Shown one piece after another: positions 39,460 through 49,613 of a stretch of 64,000 bases of DNA. The DNA is from Patescibacteria group bacterium (GTDB taxonomy: Bacteria > Patescibacteriota > Microgenomatia > UBA8517). The notes beneath the pieces are model-generated. The model saw only the letters and a program-made list of their open reading frames with translations. It searched no databases and had not been told where the DNA came from. The stretch lies in assembly GCA_035291665.1 (NCBI GenBank), contig DATDRP010000003.1, forward strand, positions 148,549-212,548. The letters run 5' to 3'. The stretch's first letter is position 1. Each line of letters begins with the position of its first letter. Both the position numbers and the translations under genes were made by a program.

Positions 39460-40311
39460 ATGAAAAGCAAACTCCACTCCCTTCAAAATCTTCTTGCTTT
39501 GGGTGCAGCTGCTTTAATAATCACCGTCTGGGCGACTGTCACTTTTTTAAAGTTTCAAAACAATATATTCAATAAATTTACCGAGGGTTCCACAAAAACC
39601 GAATCAAACAATCCTACCGCAACTCCAAATCCGACCCCCAAAAGCGTCACAAGCGACTGGATAACTTATACAAGCAGTAAACTTGGTTATTCGTTTCAAT
39701 ATCCCAAAGATTGGGAACTTTTTACGTTCAATGAAAATGACCCCCAAGTAAAATTCGGTTCTCATTCACTTCATAATTATTCCGGAACCGAAATTAGTAA
39801 GTTTATGGATCACGGAATTACTGATTGGAACAAATTTATGAGAGAAAAAGCAGCCGTAAAAATCGATTTTGCAGTATATTCAGAAAAAGAGGGTCCAAAC
39901 CAGTACCAGAACAAAGAAGAGTTTCTTAAAAACCTTTTACCCGATTCGTCGAAAATAGTTTCCAAATCTGATTTAATTATCGGTAACTTGAAAACTGATC
40001 AATATAAAGCAACCGAAAATCTTGGACCGACCGATGTACCTGAGGCAAATACTTTCATAGCTTACCCTAATGATTTTCAAATAATTTATATCAATCTTAT
40101 GTTTTGGAATACCAAAGATTACGCATCGTTAAAACAATCTCAGGAATGGCAAGAGCTTTCACAAATCCTCTCCACTTTTCGGTTCACGGGTACTGAAGAA
40201 GACAGCGGAAAATTCTGCGGAGGGATTGCTGGACTTGCATGTCCGGAAGGCTATACCTGCATATATGATGGAGACTATCCCGATGCCGGCGGAACTTGTA
40301 GAAAAAATTAG
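39460..40311 (+). CDS. Hypothetical N-terminally anchored extracytoplasmic protein (paralog of 37706-38770); C-terminal Cys-rich tail
   Basis: N-terminal LQNLLALGAAALIITVWATVTFL and C-terminal QILSTFRF. Terminal CGGIAGLACPEGYTCIYDGDYPDAGGTC. Confidence 0.45.
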   Translation: MKSKLHSLQNLLALGAAALIITVWATVTFLKFQNNIFNKFTEGSTKTESNNPTATPNPTPKSVTSDWITYTSSKLGYSFQYPKDWELFTFNENDPQVKFGSHSLHNYSGTEISKFMDHGITDWNKFMREKAAVKIDFAVYSEKEGPNQYQNKEEFLKNLLPDSSKIVSKSDLIIGNLKTDQYKATENLGPTDVPEANTFIAYPNDFQIIYINLMFWNTKDYASLKQSQEWQELSQILSTFRFTGTEEDSGKFCGGIAGLACPEGYTCIYDGDYPDAGGTCRKN

Positions 40312-40326
40312 GGTTGGTTCATGGTG

Positions 40327-40467
40327 GCATCCTCCCCCGAGCCAAGTCAGACTTGGTTATCGAGTTTGACTCGATCTGACTCGGGGGTTTCCTCCAAAGG
40401 AGGATGACATATCAGAATTCAATTCATCCCCGATTAAAACGGGGTTTTCTTGAAATCTGTTATAATA
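40327..40467 (+). repeat. Conserved ~140-bp element copy B: CATCCTCC...hairpin...AAGGAGGATGACATATCA...TTCAATTC...terminator hairpin+U-run...TGTTATAAT
   Basis: Shares long blocks with 43329-43469, including identical AAGGAGGATGACATATCA and an extended -10 TGTTATAAT. Confidence 0.5.
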
Positions 40468-40739
40468 TTCTTTTAATGGCAATAGCTCCTCAACCAAACA
40501 ATCCTCCACCGACCACCACATCACCCGTTACTGATCCCACTTACGTTAATCCTGAAGTAGTAAAAAATATTGATGAAAAACCGCTTAATGTCAAACCGAA
40601 TAAAATATTCCTGTTGCTGGTACTAATTATTTTCCTGATCATAGTTATAGCTGCAGCTGCTATTGAACTTCGAAATAAAAAATCCAATCCCATCAATAAA
40701 CAGTCAGGACAGTTATTTATTCCGACAGCGGGTCCTTGA
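40404..40739 (+). CDS. Hypothetical Pro-rich membrane protein (true start probably 40467, MAIAPQP)
   Basis: The annotated N-terminus overlaps the repeated element. TM LLLVLIIFLIIVIAAAAI. Confidence 0.35.
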   Translation: MTYQNSIHPRLKRGFLEICYNILLMAIAPQPNNPPPTTTSPVTDPTYVNPEVVKNIDEKPLNVKPNKIFLLLVLIIFLIIVIAAAAIELRNKKSNPINKQSGQLFIPTAGP

Positions 40740-40877
40740 AGGTCTGCGTCCAGACATTGAGCTTCATCCACAAATTTCAAATCTCCAATCTCTTTTTAAA
40801 GTGACCCTATATATATTACTTATATACAATATGTCCTATTTATTAAGACGTGTTCTTGTTGATAGACTTAATATGAA

Positions 40878-43346
40878 GTGGGTTTTTTTAATACCCAAAA
40901 CCAAAATGAGAAGTCGTTAATAAAACAAAAGCAAAATGGTCCAAAACAATTTGGTGGCCTTCTTTTTTTTATCGGTAATCCCTTTTTTAAATTACTTCTA
41001 TTTCTTACGATTTCCGCATTCACAACTTCGCTTCTTATCATAAAATTAATACGGGTACTATTACTGTCCATATATGAAAAATACTTCCGTATTAATGATA
41101 TTTATATAAGACTGACTTTCTCAACCGATATTACCCCGTCCAATCATAAACTTTTACCCAACCGACCAAGTGCTGTTGAGAAGATCCCCGCATCTATCAG
41201 TCAGGAAAAAGTGAAAATAACGAGAGTTCCGATATTGTTTATCACGCTTTTTACCTTAGTAACAGTTCTCATAGTCACCGGTGGTGCTTTCTTCTGGACT
41301 TTCATTCTTGAAGACATCCCCCCGCTCGATAATATTTCAAACTATAGACCGGATGTGTCTGCAAAAATTTATGACAGAAACGGAATTCTCCTTTATAAAA
41401 TCTATAAAGATAAAAACCGGACAATGGTTGATCTTGATGATGTTCCAAAACATGTAATTGATGCCACTCTGGCCATTGAAGATAATGAATTTTATTCACA
41501 CAACGGAATTTCAATAAAAGGAATTTTCAGATCGATTGTAAAAAACTTTAAGGAAAAAAAGTTATACGGCGGCTCAACAATTACCCAGCAACTGGTCAAA
41601 AATATCCTTCTTTCCTCGGAAAAAACGTATATCAGGAAAGTAAAAGAAATGGTCCTCGCAATGGAAGTTGAAAAAAAATTTGATAAGAAAACAATTCTTG
41701 AAATGTATCTTAACGAAGTTTCTTTCGGAGGTACTGTATACGGTATCGAGGAAGCTTCTCAAAATTACTTCGGGAAAAGTGTACAGAACCTGAGTATTTC
41801 CGAAGGGGCGCTTCTGGCCGGAATCCCGAAAAGTCCCTCCACGTATTCACCTTTTATCGGCAGTCCGGAAGTAGCCAAACTAAGGCAGGTTGAGGTACTC
41901 GATTTGATGCTTGCAAACGGGTATATTACCCCTGAGCAGCATATTGAGGCAGTAAATGAAAAGCTTGCCTATGCCGAATATAAAACAGGAATTCTTGCAC
42001 CGCATTTTGTGATGTATGTCAAAAAATACCTCGAGGATAAATACGGTGAGGATGCAGTTGAAAAAGGAGGGCTAAGCATCATCACAACACTTGATTACAA
42101 AATGCAAATTGAGGCAGAAAAGTCAGTTCTCGAAGAGATTGAAAATCTTGGAAAATTCAAAGTTACTAACGGGGCGGCTCTTGTTACCAATCCCACCACA
42201 GGAGAAATCCTGGCAATGGTGGGTTCAAAGAATTATTTCGATATCGAAAATAAAGGAAACGTGAATGCAGTTTTTTCATTGCGGCCGCCGGGTTCAACCA
42301 TAAAAGCCTTAAATTACTCATACGCGTTATCAAACGGTTATATACCCTCAACTGTAATTAACGATTCCCCTATTTCTTTTTCGTCACGCGGCAGTAACCC
42401 GTACACCCCTAAGAATTATGACGGGAAGTTTGTTGGCAACTTAACCGTCAGAAACGCATTTGCACAATCAAGAAATGTGCCTGCAGTTAAAGTTTTAAAT
42501 TCCTACGGAGTACAAAAAATGCATGACTTGGGAATATCAATGGGAATAAAAAGCTGGAACAATTTGACAGATTACGGATTATCTTTGACCCTGGGCGGTG
42601 GAAACGTGACTCTCTATGAATTAGCCCAGGCATATAGCGTTTTTGCAAATTACGGGACACTTATCGATTTTGATCCCATATTATCCGTTAAGGATTATAA
42701 AGGGCACATCCTTCAGGAAAATACCTGCGCCAACCCACCAAGCTACAAATTTGCCAATAAAACCGATTTGGACAATTTTAAATTTATTAATCCGGTACAG
42801 GCAACAGAGTCCGCGATTGCCGAAGCATCGGTCAGCTATCCCGGTTGCCCTATCAAAAAAATCCTCGATCCAAGGGTTGCATTTATTATCACCGATATCC
42901 TCAGGGACAACATCGCAAGAACACCCTCTTTTGGAAGCCGCTCAAAACTCGTAATCAAAGATCACCCAGAGGTTGCTGTCAAGACCGGAACCAGTAACGG
43001 CCCAAGAGATAACCTGACCGTGGGATACACAAAAGACTTTCTTGTTGCTGTATGGGTTGGAAACAATGATAATACCCCAATGTCTGGAATCGCCTCAGGT
43101 GTAACCGGAGCAACCCCGATTTTTAATAACATTATGACCAGGCTTCTTTCTGATAAACCGGTTTATAGTTGGGAAATCCCCCAGGGTCTTAAAAAGATCG
43201 CAACTTGTCATATTCTTAAAAAAACTACGCCTGAAGGATATGAAGAAATAAATATCTTGAGAAATGAGGATTACTACTTTGAAGAAAACTTACCTAAAAA
43301 TGTTTGTACAAATGTAAAAAATGTTATGACATCCTCCCCGCTTTAA
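40878..43346 (+). CDS. Class A penicillin-binding protein (PBP1A), paralog 2
   Basis: EDNEFYSHNGI and GGSTITQQLVKN in the transglycosylase domain. Transpeptidase SxxK motif STIK and KTG motif KTGTS. Confidence 0.85.
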   Translation: MGFFNTQNQNEKSLIKQKQNGPKQFGGLLFFIGNPFFKLLLFLTISAFTTSLLIIKLIRVLLLSIYEKYFRINDIYIRLTFSTDITPSNHKLLPNRPSAVEKIPASISQEKVKITRVPILFITLFTLVTVLIVTGGAFFWTFILEDIPPLDNISNYRPDVSAKIYDRNGILLYKIYKDKNRTMVDLDDVPKHVIDATLAIEDNEFYSHNGISIKGIFRSIVKNFKEKKLYGGSTITQQLVKNILLSSEKTYIRKVKEMVLAMEVEKKFDKKTILEMYLNEVSFGGTVYGIEEASQNYFGKSVQNLSISEGALLAGIPKSPSTYSPFIGSPEVAKLRQVEVLDLMLANGYITPEQHIEAVNEKLAYAEYKTGILAPHFVMYVKKYLEDKYGEDAVEKGGLSIITTLDYKMQIEAEKSVLEEIENLGKFKVTNGAALVTNPTTGEILAMVGSKNYFDIENKGNVNAVFSLRPPGSTIKALNYSYALSNGYIPSTVINDSPISFSSRGSNPYTPKNYDGKFVGNLTVRNAFAQSRNVPAVKVLNSYGVQKMHDLGISMGIKSWNNLTDYGLSLTLGGGNVTLYELAQAYSVFANYGTLIDFDPILSVKDYKGHILQENTCANPPSYKFANKTDLDNFKFINPVQATESAIAEASVSYPGCPIKKILDPRVAFIITDILRDNIARTPSFGSRSKLVIKDHPEVAVKTGTSNGPRDNLTVGYTKDFLVAVWVGNNDNTPMSGIASGVTGATPIFNNIMTRLLSDKPVYSWEIPQGLKKIATCHILKKTTPEGYEEINILRNEDYYFEENLPKNVCTNVKNVMTSSPL

Positions 43347-43469
43347 AAGGCGGGATTCCCTTAAGGAGGATGACATATCATAGTTCAATTCTCACCGAGT
43401 CAGAAGTTTCTGTGAGCCGGTGACATTCCCAACCTGAAAAGCATGGTTTTCTTTAACGTATGTTATAAT
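43329..43469 (+). repeat. Conserved ~140-bp element copy C (see 40327-40467)
   Basis: CATCCTCCCCGCTTTAAAAGGCGGG...AAGGAGGATGACATATCA...hairpin...GGTTTTCTTT...TGTTATAAT. Confidence 0.5.
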
Positions 43470-43490
43470 CACAGCCAATAATTAGAAATT

Positions 43491-43742
43491 ATGCCTATCG
43501 AAAGAAATACTATAAGGCAGGAAAATTGGGGTGGTAAAAAGCACATTCTGGCCGAGGGTGACGGTAAAATTGATTTCGGAACATTTGTGTATTGTAAACC
43601 GGTGAAAAGAAGTTCCATAACAATACTTAAGGCTTTCAACTCTCGTTCAGTATTCGATGTGATTGTTGATCCGAATACACTCGAAGTAATTGAACCTAAT
43701 GATAAAATTATCGGATATTGGTATAAATCTATTTTTGCTTAA
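43491..43742 (+). CDS. Hypothetical small protein
   Basis: ORF downstream of the repeat-C promoter. Confidence 0.3.
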   Translation: MPIERNTIRQENWGGKKHILAEGDGKIDFGTFVYCKPVKRSSITILKAFNSRSVFDVIVDPNTLEVIEPNDKIIGYWYKSIFA

Positions 43743-43774
43743 GATTTACGGCATCCTCTCCAACCCAAATGGTG

Positions 43775-44872
43775 TCATTTGTTATCATTAAATAACTCAA
43801 AAATATTCCTTGATAGTGCGGGAAAAATTTCATCTGCCTCACGCTCAACCACACCTTCAGATAAAATCACAACCACATACGGATTTTGGTCTTCAGAGGA
43901 GTCAGACCCGAAGGAATCATCATCATAGACAATCCCCGCATCATTCACAACATGCAGCTCCCGTCCATACTTATGCGATATTTTGACGCCATCGGGAATA
44001 CCAGCAGCAAGCCAATTCTCATAAACTGTATCAGTCAGGTATGCGGTCAGCTCTACCGAATTTTCTTTGTTTAATGCTTTTCCCTGATATAAATTTTTAA
44101 AGAAAAATCCAATATCGCGCGGAGTAGTTATGTTAGTTTTAATATCGGTTGAAACCATACCCAGATCACCTGCTATACGGTTAATGTTCTCATCTCCCAA
44201 ATATTTCCGGCAAATATTAAAAGCAGTGTTGTCGGATTGCTGTCCCATCAAACGGATCAGATTACGGTAACTTGTTTCATAGCCGGCTGGTTTTGCATAT
44301 AGACTTCCCGATCCTGCAATTTTATCTTCACTTTTCAAAACATAAGTTTGATCCAAATCCAATTCCCCATTTTCATCCGCAAGATACATCCCCACCATTA
44401 CGGGTAATTTTATCAATGAAGCCGCTTCGAACTCTTCATCCTGATGAACTCCAAATGAGTAATCGTTTTTCAGATCGATAATATACAACCCATACACACC
44501 GGATAAATTAAGGGTGTTACTCTTGAATTCCGATACAATCGTTTCGGCTTTTTTTTGAACATCCGTATCAGCTTCAATTACAACTTCATTATTGAACGGA
44601 TTCAAATTCTCAAGGTCCGGTTTTTCAACACCCGGAAGTTTGAAATCGCGGGATTTTAAAGCCAGATAACCTGACGCGCCGGTAGTTGCCAAAATAATAA
44701 GCATAATGATTGCCCTGTCAATTTTTGACCAGGGACGAACCGGGGGTTTTCTCTTTTTTCTATTCTCGGATTTGAGGTCCTTGATTTTTCTGAATGGTTT
44801 TTTACCTTCATCAAGCTCTATCTTACCCTCGTCCGCATCACCTTCCATTTTCTTCTTCCCAAATAATGCCAT
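43775..44872 (-). CDS. Serine hydrolase, class A beta-lactamase/PBP-like, membrane-anchored
   Basis: SxxK (ASLIK) and SDN (QQSDNTA) motifs. N-terminal TM. Confidence 0.55.
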   Translation of the reverse strand: MALFGKKKMEGDADEGKIELDEGKKPFRKIKDLKSENRKKRKPPVRPWSKIDRAIIMLIILATTGASGYLALKSRDFKLPGVEKPDLENLNPFNNEVVIEADTDVQKKAETIVSEFKSNTLNLSGVYGLYIIDLKNDYSFGVHQDEEFEAASLIKLPVMVGMYLADENGELDLDQTYVLKSEDKIAGSGSLYAKPAGYETSYRNLIRLMGQQSDNTAFNICRKYLGDENINRIAGDLGMVSTDIKTNITTPRDIGFFFKNLYQGKALNKENSVELTAYLTDTVYENWLAAGIPDGVKISHKYGRELHVVNDAGIVYDDDSFGSDSSEDQNPYVVVILSEGVVEREADEIFPALSRNIFELFNDNK

Positions 44873-45073
44873 ATCAAGATTTTACTATTAAATTGTTAAA
44901 TTAATAACTACGTGGATGGGTGATTACTATAATCAATCCAAAAAGTCATTAGGGCGTCTTTCTTTGTTTCATTTCTTGGACGAGCAAGAAATGAAAAAGA
45001 TAATCTTGGGTAAAGAAGAAAGTGAAAATCTATTGAAGAAAATCAAATATAAGTAATGAGGGTTTTCAAAAAT

Positions 45074-46060
45074 TCATTGACGCCTTGCTTCCCACACTTC
45101 CGGATTAACGAGGTTTTCCGGTTTTTCACCTTTTAAAGTTTTCAGAATCGCATCGACCGCCAACTGCCCCATTTTCTCCCTTGCTTCCCAGGTAGCGCTT
45201 GCAATATGAGGGGTGAGAACCACATTCTCCATTCCGATAAGTTCGGGGTTAATGTTCGGTTCCGTTTCAAAAACATCCAAACCCGCTCCACCCACTTTTC
45301 CTTCACGGAGTCCATCAGTAAGTGCGTGTTCATCAACGATCGGGCCTCTTGCGGTATTTGCGATAATTACACCCTGTTTCATTTTCGAAAGTGCGTCCCG
45401 CCCGATCATCCCTCTTGTTTCATCGGTTAAGGGAACATGAATGGAAATAAAATCCGACTCTCTATAAAGCTTATCAAGGTCCGCAAACTCGATCCCGAAT
45501 TCCTTTTCCGCTTCGGGGTCAGGAGATCTTTTATTATATAAAACCCTCATCTCAAAGCCTTTAACCTTTTTGGCCACCATCGTTCCGATCCTCCCAAGTC
45601 CTACCACACCCAGTGTTTTTCCTCTTAAAGATCTACCCAAAAATATATTTGGTTCCCACCCGCGGTAACTGCCTCTTTTTGTTGATTCATCCGCCTCAAC
45701 TATTCTCCTCGCTAGCGCAAGCATCAAAGTAACCGCATGCTCAGCAACAGCTTCATTAACTTCATCGCATGGAGTATTTGAAACCAACACCTTCTTTTCA
45801 GTTGTATCAGGAACGTTAATATTATCAAATCCAACCGCATAATTTGAAAAGATTTTTACTTGGGGGCCGATTGCGTCAATTACCTCAGCGTCAATTTTGT
45901 CCGTAAGAAAAGATAAAACTGCATCTACACCTTTGGCTCTTTCCAAAAACTCTTCCGGTTCCAATGGCCGGTCTAGCTCGCAGACATGAACTTCATTGCC
46001 TGAGTTTTGCAGTCTTTCGAGGTGAACTCCGGGGAATTTACGCGAAACAAAAATTTTCAT
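45074..46060 (-). CDS. D-isomer-specific 2-hydroxyacid dehydrogenase (glyoxylate/hydroxypyruvate reductase-like)
   Basis: NAD-binding motif GKTLGVVGLGRIGTMVAKK. Catalytic R/E/H arrangement. Confidence 0.8.
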   Translation of the reverse strand: MKIFVSRKFPGVHLERLQNSGNEVHVCELDRPLEPEEFLERAKGVDAVLSFLTDKIDAEVIDAIGPQVKIFSNYAVGFDNINVPDTTEKKVLVSNTPCDEVNEAVAEHAVTLMLALARRIVEADESTKRGSYRGWEPNIFLGRSLRGKTLGVVGLGRIGTMVAKKVKGFEMRVLYNKRSPDPEAEKEFGIEFADLDKLYRESDFISIHVPLTDETRGMIGRDALSKMKQGVIIANTARGPIVDEHALTDGLREGKVGGAGLDVFETEPNINPELIGMENVVLTPHIASATWEAREKMGQLAVDAILKTLKGEKPENLVNPEVWEARRQ

Positions 46061-46075
46061 TTAAAAATAAGTTAC

Positions 46076-47068
46076 TTAAATTTCTTCAACTTTAACATTA
46101 CAACTTTCAGCTCTTTCTAGCCAAGTACCAATTTCGTCTTTTTTCAAAAGACCTTTTTGTGCACCGATATAACCAATAACCGATGCTGAGTTAACAGTAC
46201 CCCAAAGAAGAGCTTCTTCGATTGATTTCCCCTGGATGAGCGCTGATATGCAACCCGATCCGAAAGCATCTCCCGCACCTGTTCGTTCATATGCGTCAAT
46301 AGGCAAAACCCCGGAATGGTAATACTTGCCTTCATAAAAGACATATGACCCCCCGACTCCATCGGTAATAACCGGCACCTTTGGCCCTAATTTTATTAAT
46401 GCGTCCAAAAGGTTTTTTTCCTTATCTTTGGAATCGGAAAAATTCGTTATTATCTCAGCCTCTTTACGGTTCACATAAACCATATACGAAATTCTGAGTA
46501 TGTCCTTCATTTTTTCGTACCCGGCGCGAATTTGTCTGCTTCCGGGATTAAATGCCAGTTTCACACCGCTTTTTCCTTTTATGTGGTCAGCTACTTTGAC
46601 ATAGGCATCCGAAAAGTTATCCCCCATTGAAGTTAAATATATCCATGACGTACTGGGAAACTTTTCCGGGAGAACGTAATCAATTTCATCTTTATATGTG
46701 AATATTGTCCTTTCGCCGGAATAATTTATCGCCAGAGAATAGTTGGAGCGTTTGCCTTTTTGCCTCGAAACATATGTTGTATCAACTCCGTCTTTAGCAA
46801 GCGCTTCAACAATCTGGTTTCCGATTTCGTCCCCACCCAAAGTGAGAACGGCTGCGCTTTTTACTCCCAATCTGCTGGATCCGACAGAATTATTTGCAGC
46901 ATTCCCTCCAACTGAAAATTCCAGATCTTTAACGGGAATTTTGTCGCCGTAAGAAAAACAAATATAACATTCTTTATCGTTAAGTTGGCAAAGAGATTCC
47001 GATTCCGTGGGAAAAATAAAAGCATCCAGTGAGGAATCACCGATAGATAGTAAGTCTAAGTTGTTCAT
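46076..47068 (-). CDS. PfkB-family carbohydrate kinase
   Basis: C-terminal TGAGDAFGSG anion-hole motif. N-terminal GG motif. Confidence 0.75.
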   Translation of the reverse strand: MNNLDLLSIGDSSLDAFIFPTESESLCQLNDKECYICFSYGDKIPVKDLEFSVGGNAANNSVGSSRLGVKSAAVLTLGGDEIGNQIVEALAKDGVDTTYVSRQKGKRSNYSLAINYSGERTIFTYKDEIDYVLPEKFPSTSWIYLTSMGDNFSDAYVKVADHIKGKSGVKLAFNPGSRQIRAGYEKMKDILRISYMVYVNRKEAEIITNFSDSKDKEKNLLDALIKLGPKVPVITDGVGGSYVFYEGKYYHSGVLPIDAYERTGAGDAFGSGCISALIQGKSIEEALLWGTVNSASVIGYIGAQKGLLKKDEIGTWLERAESCNVKVEEI

Positions 47069-47170
47069 AGCTTTCAGACTACAGTCTACTGCTTTTTAAT
47101 TGAATTAATCAATTCATTAATTTTTAAAATCTGAAACTCATGCTGTAGTTTGTAGACTGTAAGCTGTCGA

Positions 47171-48187
47171 CTAAGTATTCTCCATATCAGGAGAATACTT
47201 TCCCTCCCTTGCTAGTGAATTCATTCTTGCGCGAAATAAAAACGCCTTTTGTGCGGCTTCAATATTTTCATACACCCCTCCCCAATTCTTCAAGACCGGT
47301 TCCTGTAAGGCTCTGCCATAAGAAAAACTTAACTGCCAGGGGGTGTCCTTTTGTTTGTTAATCTCGTTAAGATTTACTGTCGCCTCAATTGGAGATTGAC
47401 CTCCCGATAGAAAAACAACACCGGGCATCTCATCGGGGAGCACCTGTTTTAAAACTTCCAAAGTCGCTTTTGCGACTTCCATTGGGTTTGCTTTCGAGGA
47501 GTTTTCCTTACCGGGTAAAACCATGTTTGGTTTCAGAAGCATTCCTCCGATATCCACTTTTGCCCGGGAGAGCTCAATGAATACTTTTTTCAAAACGTTA
47601 TAGGTAACTTCCCGGCACTTTTTGATAGAGTGGGATCCATCCATTAATACTTCAGGTTCTACAATAGGAACCAAGTTATGATCTTGCGCCATTCTTGCAT
47701 ACCGGGCCAAATCGGAAGCATTCTTTGATATAAGCTCATCCGTCGGAGTGGTATCTGAAATTGAAAAAACAGCCCTCCATTTGGTAAATTGGGCACCCAT
47801 CCCTTTATATTCGTCTAATCTATCATCAAGACCTTCAAAACCGTTTGTTTTTTTCTCAATCGAACCGGGTGTTATTTCCTCAGTACCCATGTCAACTTTA
47901 ATTCCGGGAACAATTCCTTTTTTGTTTAATAAATCCGGAAGTGTTATCCCCTCATCAGATTTCTGTCTCACGGTTTCATCGAATAGAATAACCCCACTTA
48001 TAAATTCTTCAATCCCTTCAGTTTTAAACAACAGCTGCCTATAAATCCTATGGTTTTCTGGACTTGACTCTACCCCAATTGCATCAAAACGTTTTTTGAT
48101 TGTCTGGTCGCTTTCGTCGGCCGCAAGAATTCCTTTCCCGGGGGAAACAAGTTTCATCGCAATTTCTTTTAATATATTTGTATCCAT
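47171..48187 (-). CDS. fba: Fructose-bisphosphate aldolase, class I
   Basis: GILAADESDQTIKKRF plus the LLKPNMV Schiff-base Lys region. Confidence 0.8.
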   Translation of the reverse strand: MDTNILKEIAMKLVSPGKGILAADESDQTIKKRFDAIGVESSPENHRIYRQLLFKTEGIEEFISGVILFDETVRQKSDEGITLPDLLNKKGIVPGIKVDMGTEEITPGSIEKKTNGFEGLDDRLDEYKGMGAQFTKWRAVFSISDTTPTDELISKNASDLARYARMAQDHNLVPIVEPEVLMDGSHSIKKCREVTYNVLKKVFIELSRAKVDIGGMLLKPNMVLPGKENSSKANPMEVAKATLEVLKQVLPDEMPGVVFLSGGQSPIEATVNLNEINKQKDTPWQLSFSYGRALQEPVLKNWGGVYENIEAAQKAFLFRARMNSLAREGKYSPDMENT

Positions 48188-48247
48188 TTTTGTCCGTTAA
48201 AATAGCCAACAAATGAAATAACTATCTAATAATCTAGCATTTAATTA

Positions 48248-49576
48248 TTGCATCAACAAGCAAATTCCTTCATACTTGTTTTTATGATGGATAATACCGG
48301 CGACCAAAAAAATCCCGCCACGGCTGGTGCAAGCGGAAGCCCTGTTGGAAGTTCGTCCGCGGTTCCCGCTTCGTCTACCGCAAGTACAACCGGTAGTAGT
48401 TTCGGGTTGGGAAATACTGCAACTGTCGTTGACGATGCTTTCTCAACAGTATCTTCCGTAACGCCAACCCCCCCATCAACCGTCTCAGAACCGGCACCGG
48501 CAAATCCGTCACAAACTGTGCAAGTTCCGTCTTTTTCGGGTCAAAGTGCGTCGTCCGGAATGGCATCTGGCACTGTAATGACTGCTTCTGAGTTTACTTC
48601 CGCACCTTCTGCTGCAACTCCGGCATCTGCCTATCCAAGCACATTTGATCAGTCACCGCAAAACCTCACACCGCAAGTACCGGTCGGCGTATCTTCGGGA
48701 ACCGTACAAGATGTTTCAATGGGATCAGGTTTAGGCTCAACGAACATGTCAACCGACACTTCTTTCCAGACATCACCGGCTCCTCAGATGGCAACTCAAA
48801 GTGAATCTGTTACCCCAATATCCGGGCAACTGACTAATCCTATTGATCCTCCTCCGCCACCAGCCTCTTCGGAAGTCCCTCAGGTCGGAGGCAACTTGAA
48901 CGAAGTTATAACCTCGGGGAAGCCAAAAAAGAAATTTCCGGTTCTTTTATTTCTTATAATTCTTATATTGCTTGTTTTCGGTGCTGTCGGATATCTTGCA
49001 TACACCAATTTTGTTATGAAAAAAGAAGTTTCCCCTACAGCCAGTAATTCCAATAAAACCACTCTTCCGACTCCGACTCCCGGAATGTATGAAAACTTTA
49101 TTTCATTCAGGAGTACTCTTTTACCTTTGACTTTTATGGTCCCGTCAAATTGGAATGTTGAAGAAAATCAAAATGTTGAACTGGCAAACCAAAAGATGAT
49201 TCTGGCTCAATCGCCGGATTTTGCATATGAAGGAAGCGAAATTGCCAGCGGTTACGAGTTCCGGATAGGTCCGGTCAATGATTTATCAAAAAAATACGAT
49301 TCATTTGAAGCGTTTGTTGCTGAAGAAAATACGTCCGGTGATTACAATACCGTAACTTATAATAACATCAACTGGCTGAAAAAAGGTTCATCTGCAAAAA
49401 CAATTATTGAAACAACACCCGTGACTGTAACTATGTATTCAAATACCGCTCAAGCAGCCGACTCATTGTTGTTGTTTAATAAAATTCTCGAATCAATACA
49501 GTTGAGTCCGGGTACGGTAACGGGTCCGGTTACAACTCCCGGAGCGACCTCAACTCCATCAGCAACACCCCAGTAA
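48248..49576 (+). CDS. Hypothetical membrane protein with Ser/Thr/Pro-rich N-terminal region
   Basis: Low-complexity S/T/P region, one TM, and a C-terminal globular domain. Confidence 0.4.
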   Translation: MHQQANSFILVFMMDNTGDQKNPATAGASGSPVGSSSAVPASSTASTTGSSFGLGNTATVVDDAFSTVSSVTPTPPSTVSEPAPANPSQTVQVPSFSGQSASSGMASGTVMTASEFTSAPSAATPASAYPSTFDQSPQNLTPQVPVGVSSGTVQDVSMGSGLGSTNMSTDTSFQTSPAPQMATQSESVTPISGQLTNPIDPPPPPASSEVPQVGGNLNEVITSGKPKKKFPVLLFLIILILLVFGAVGYLAYTNFVMKKEVSPTASNSNKTTLPTPTPGMYENFISFRSTLLPLTFMVPSNWNVEENQNVELANQKMILAQSPDFAYEGSEIASGYEFRIGPVNDLSKKYDSFEAFVAEENTSGDYNTVTYNNINWLKKGSSAKTIIETTPVTVTMYSNTAQAADSLLLFNKILESIQLSPGTVTGPVTTPGATSTPSATPQ

Positions 49577-49613
49577 CCCCCGGCTAAAAACAAAAGTAGT
49601 AGAATAGTTTTTA

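Noticed and set aside
40404-40466. Annotated N-terminus of the ORF at 40404.
   Set aside because: It overlaps the conserved repeat/promoter element including TGTTATAAT. The real start is more likely ATG at 40467 (MAIAPQP).
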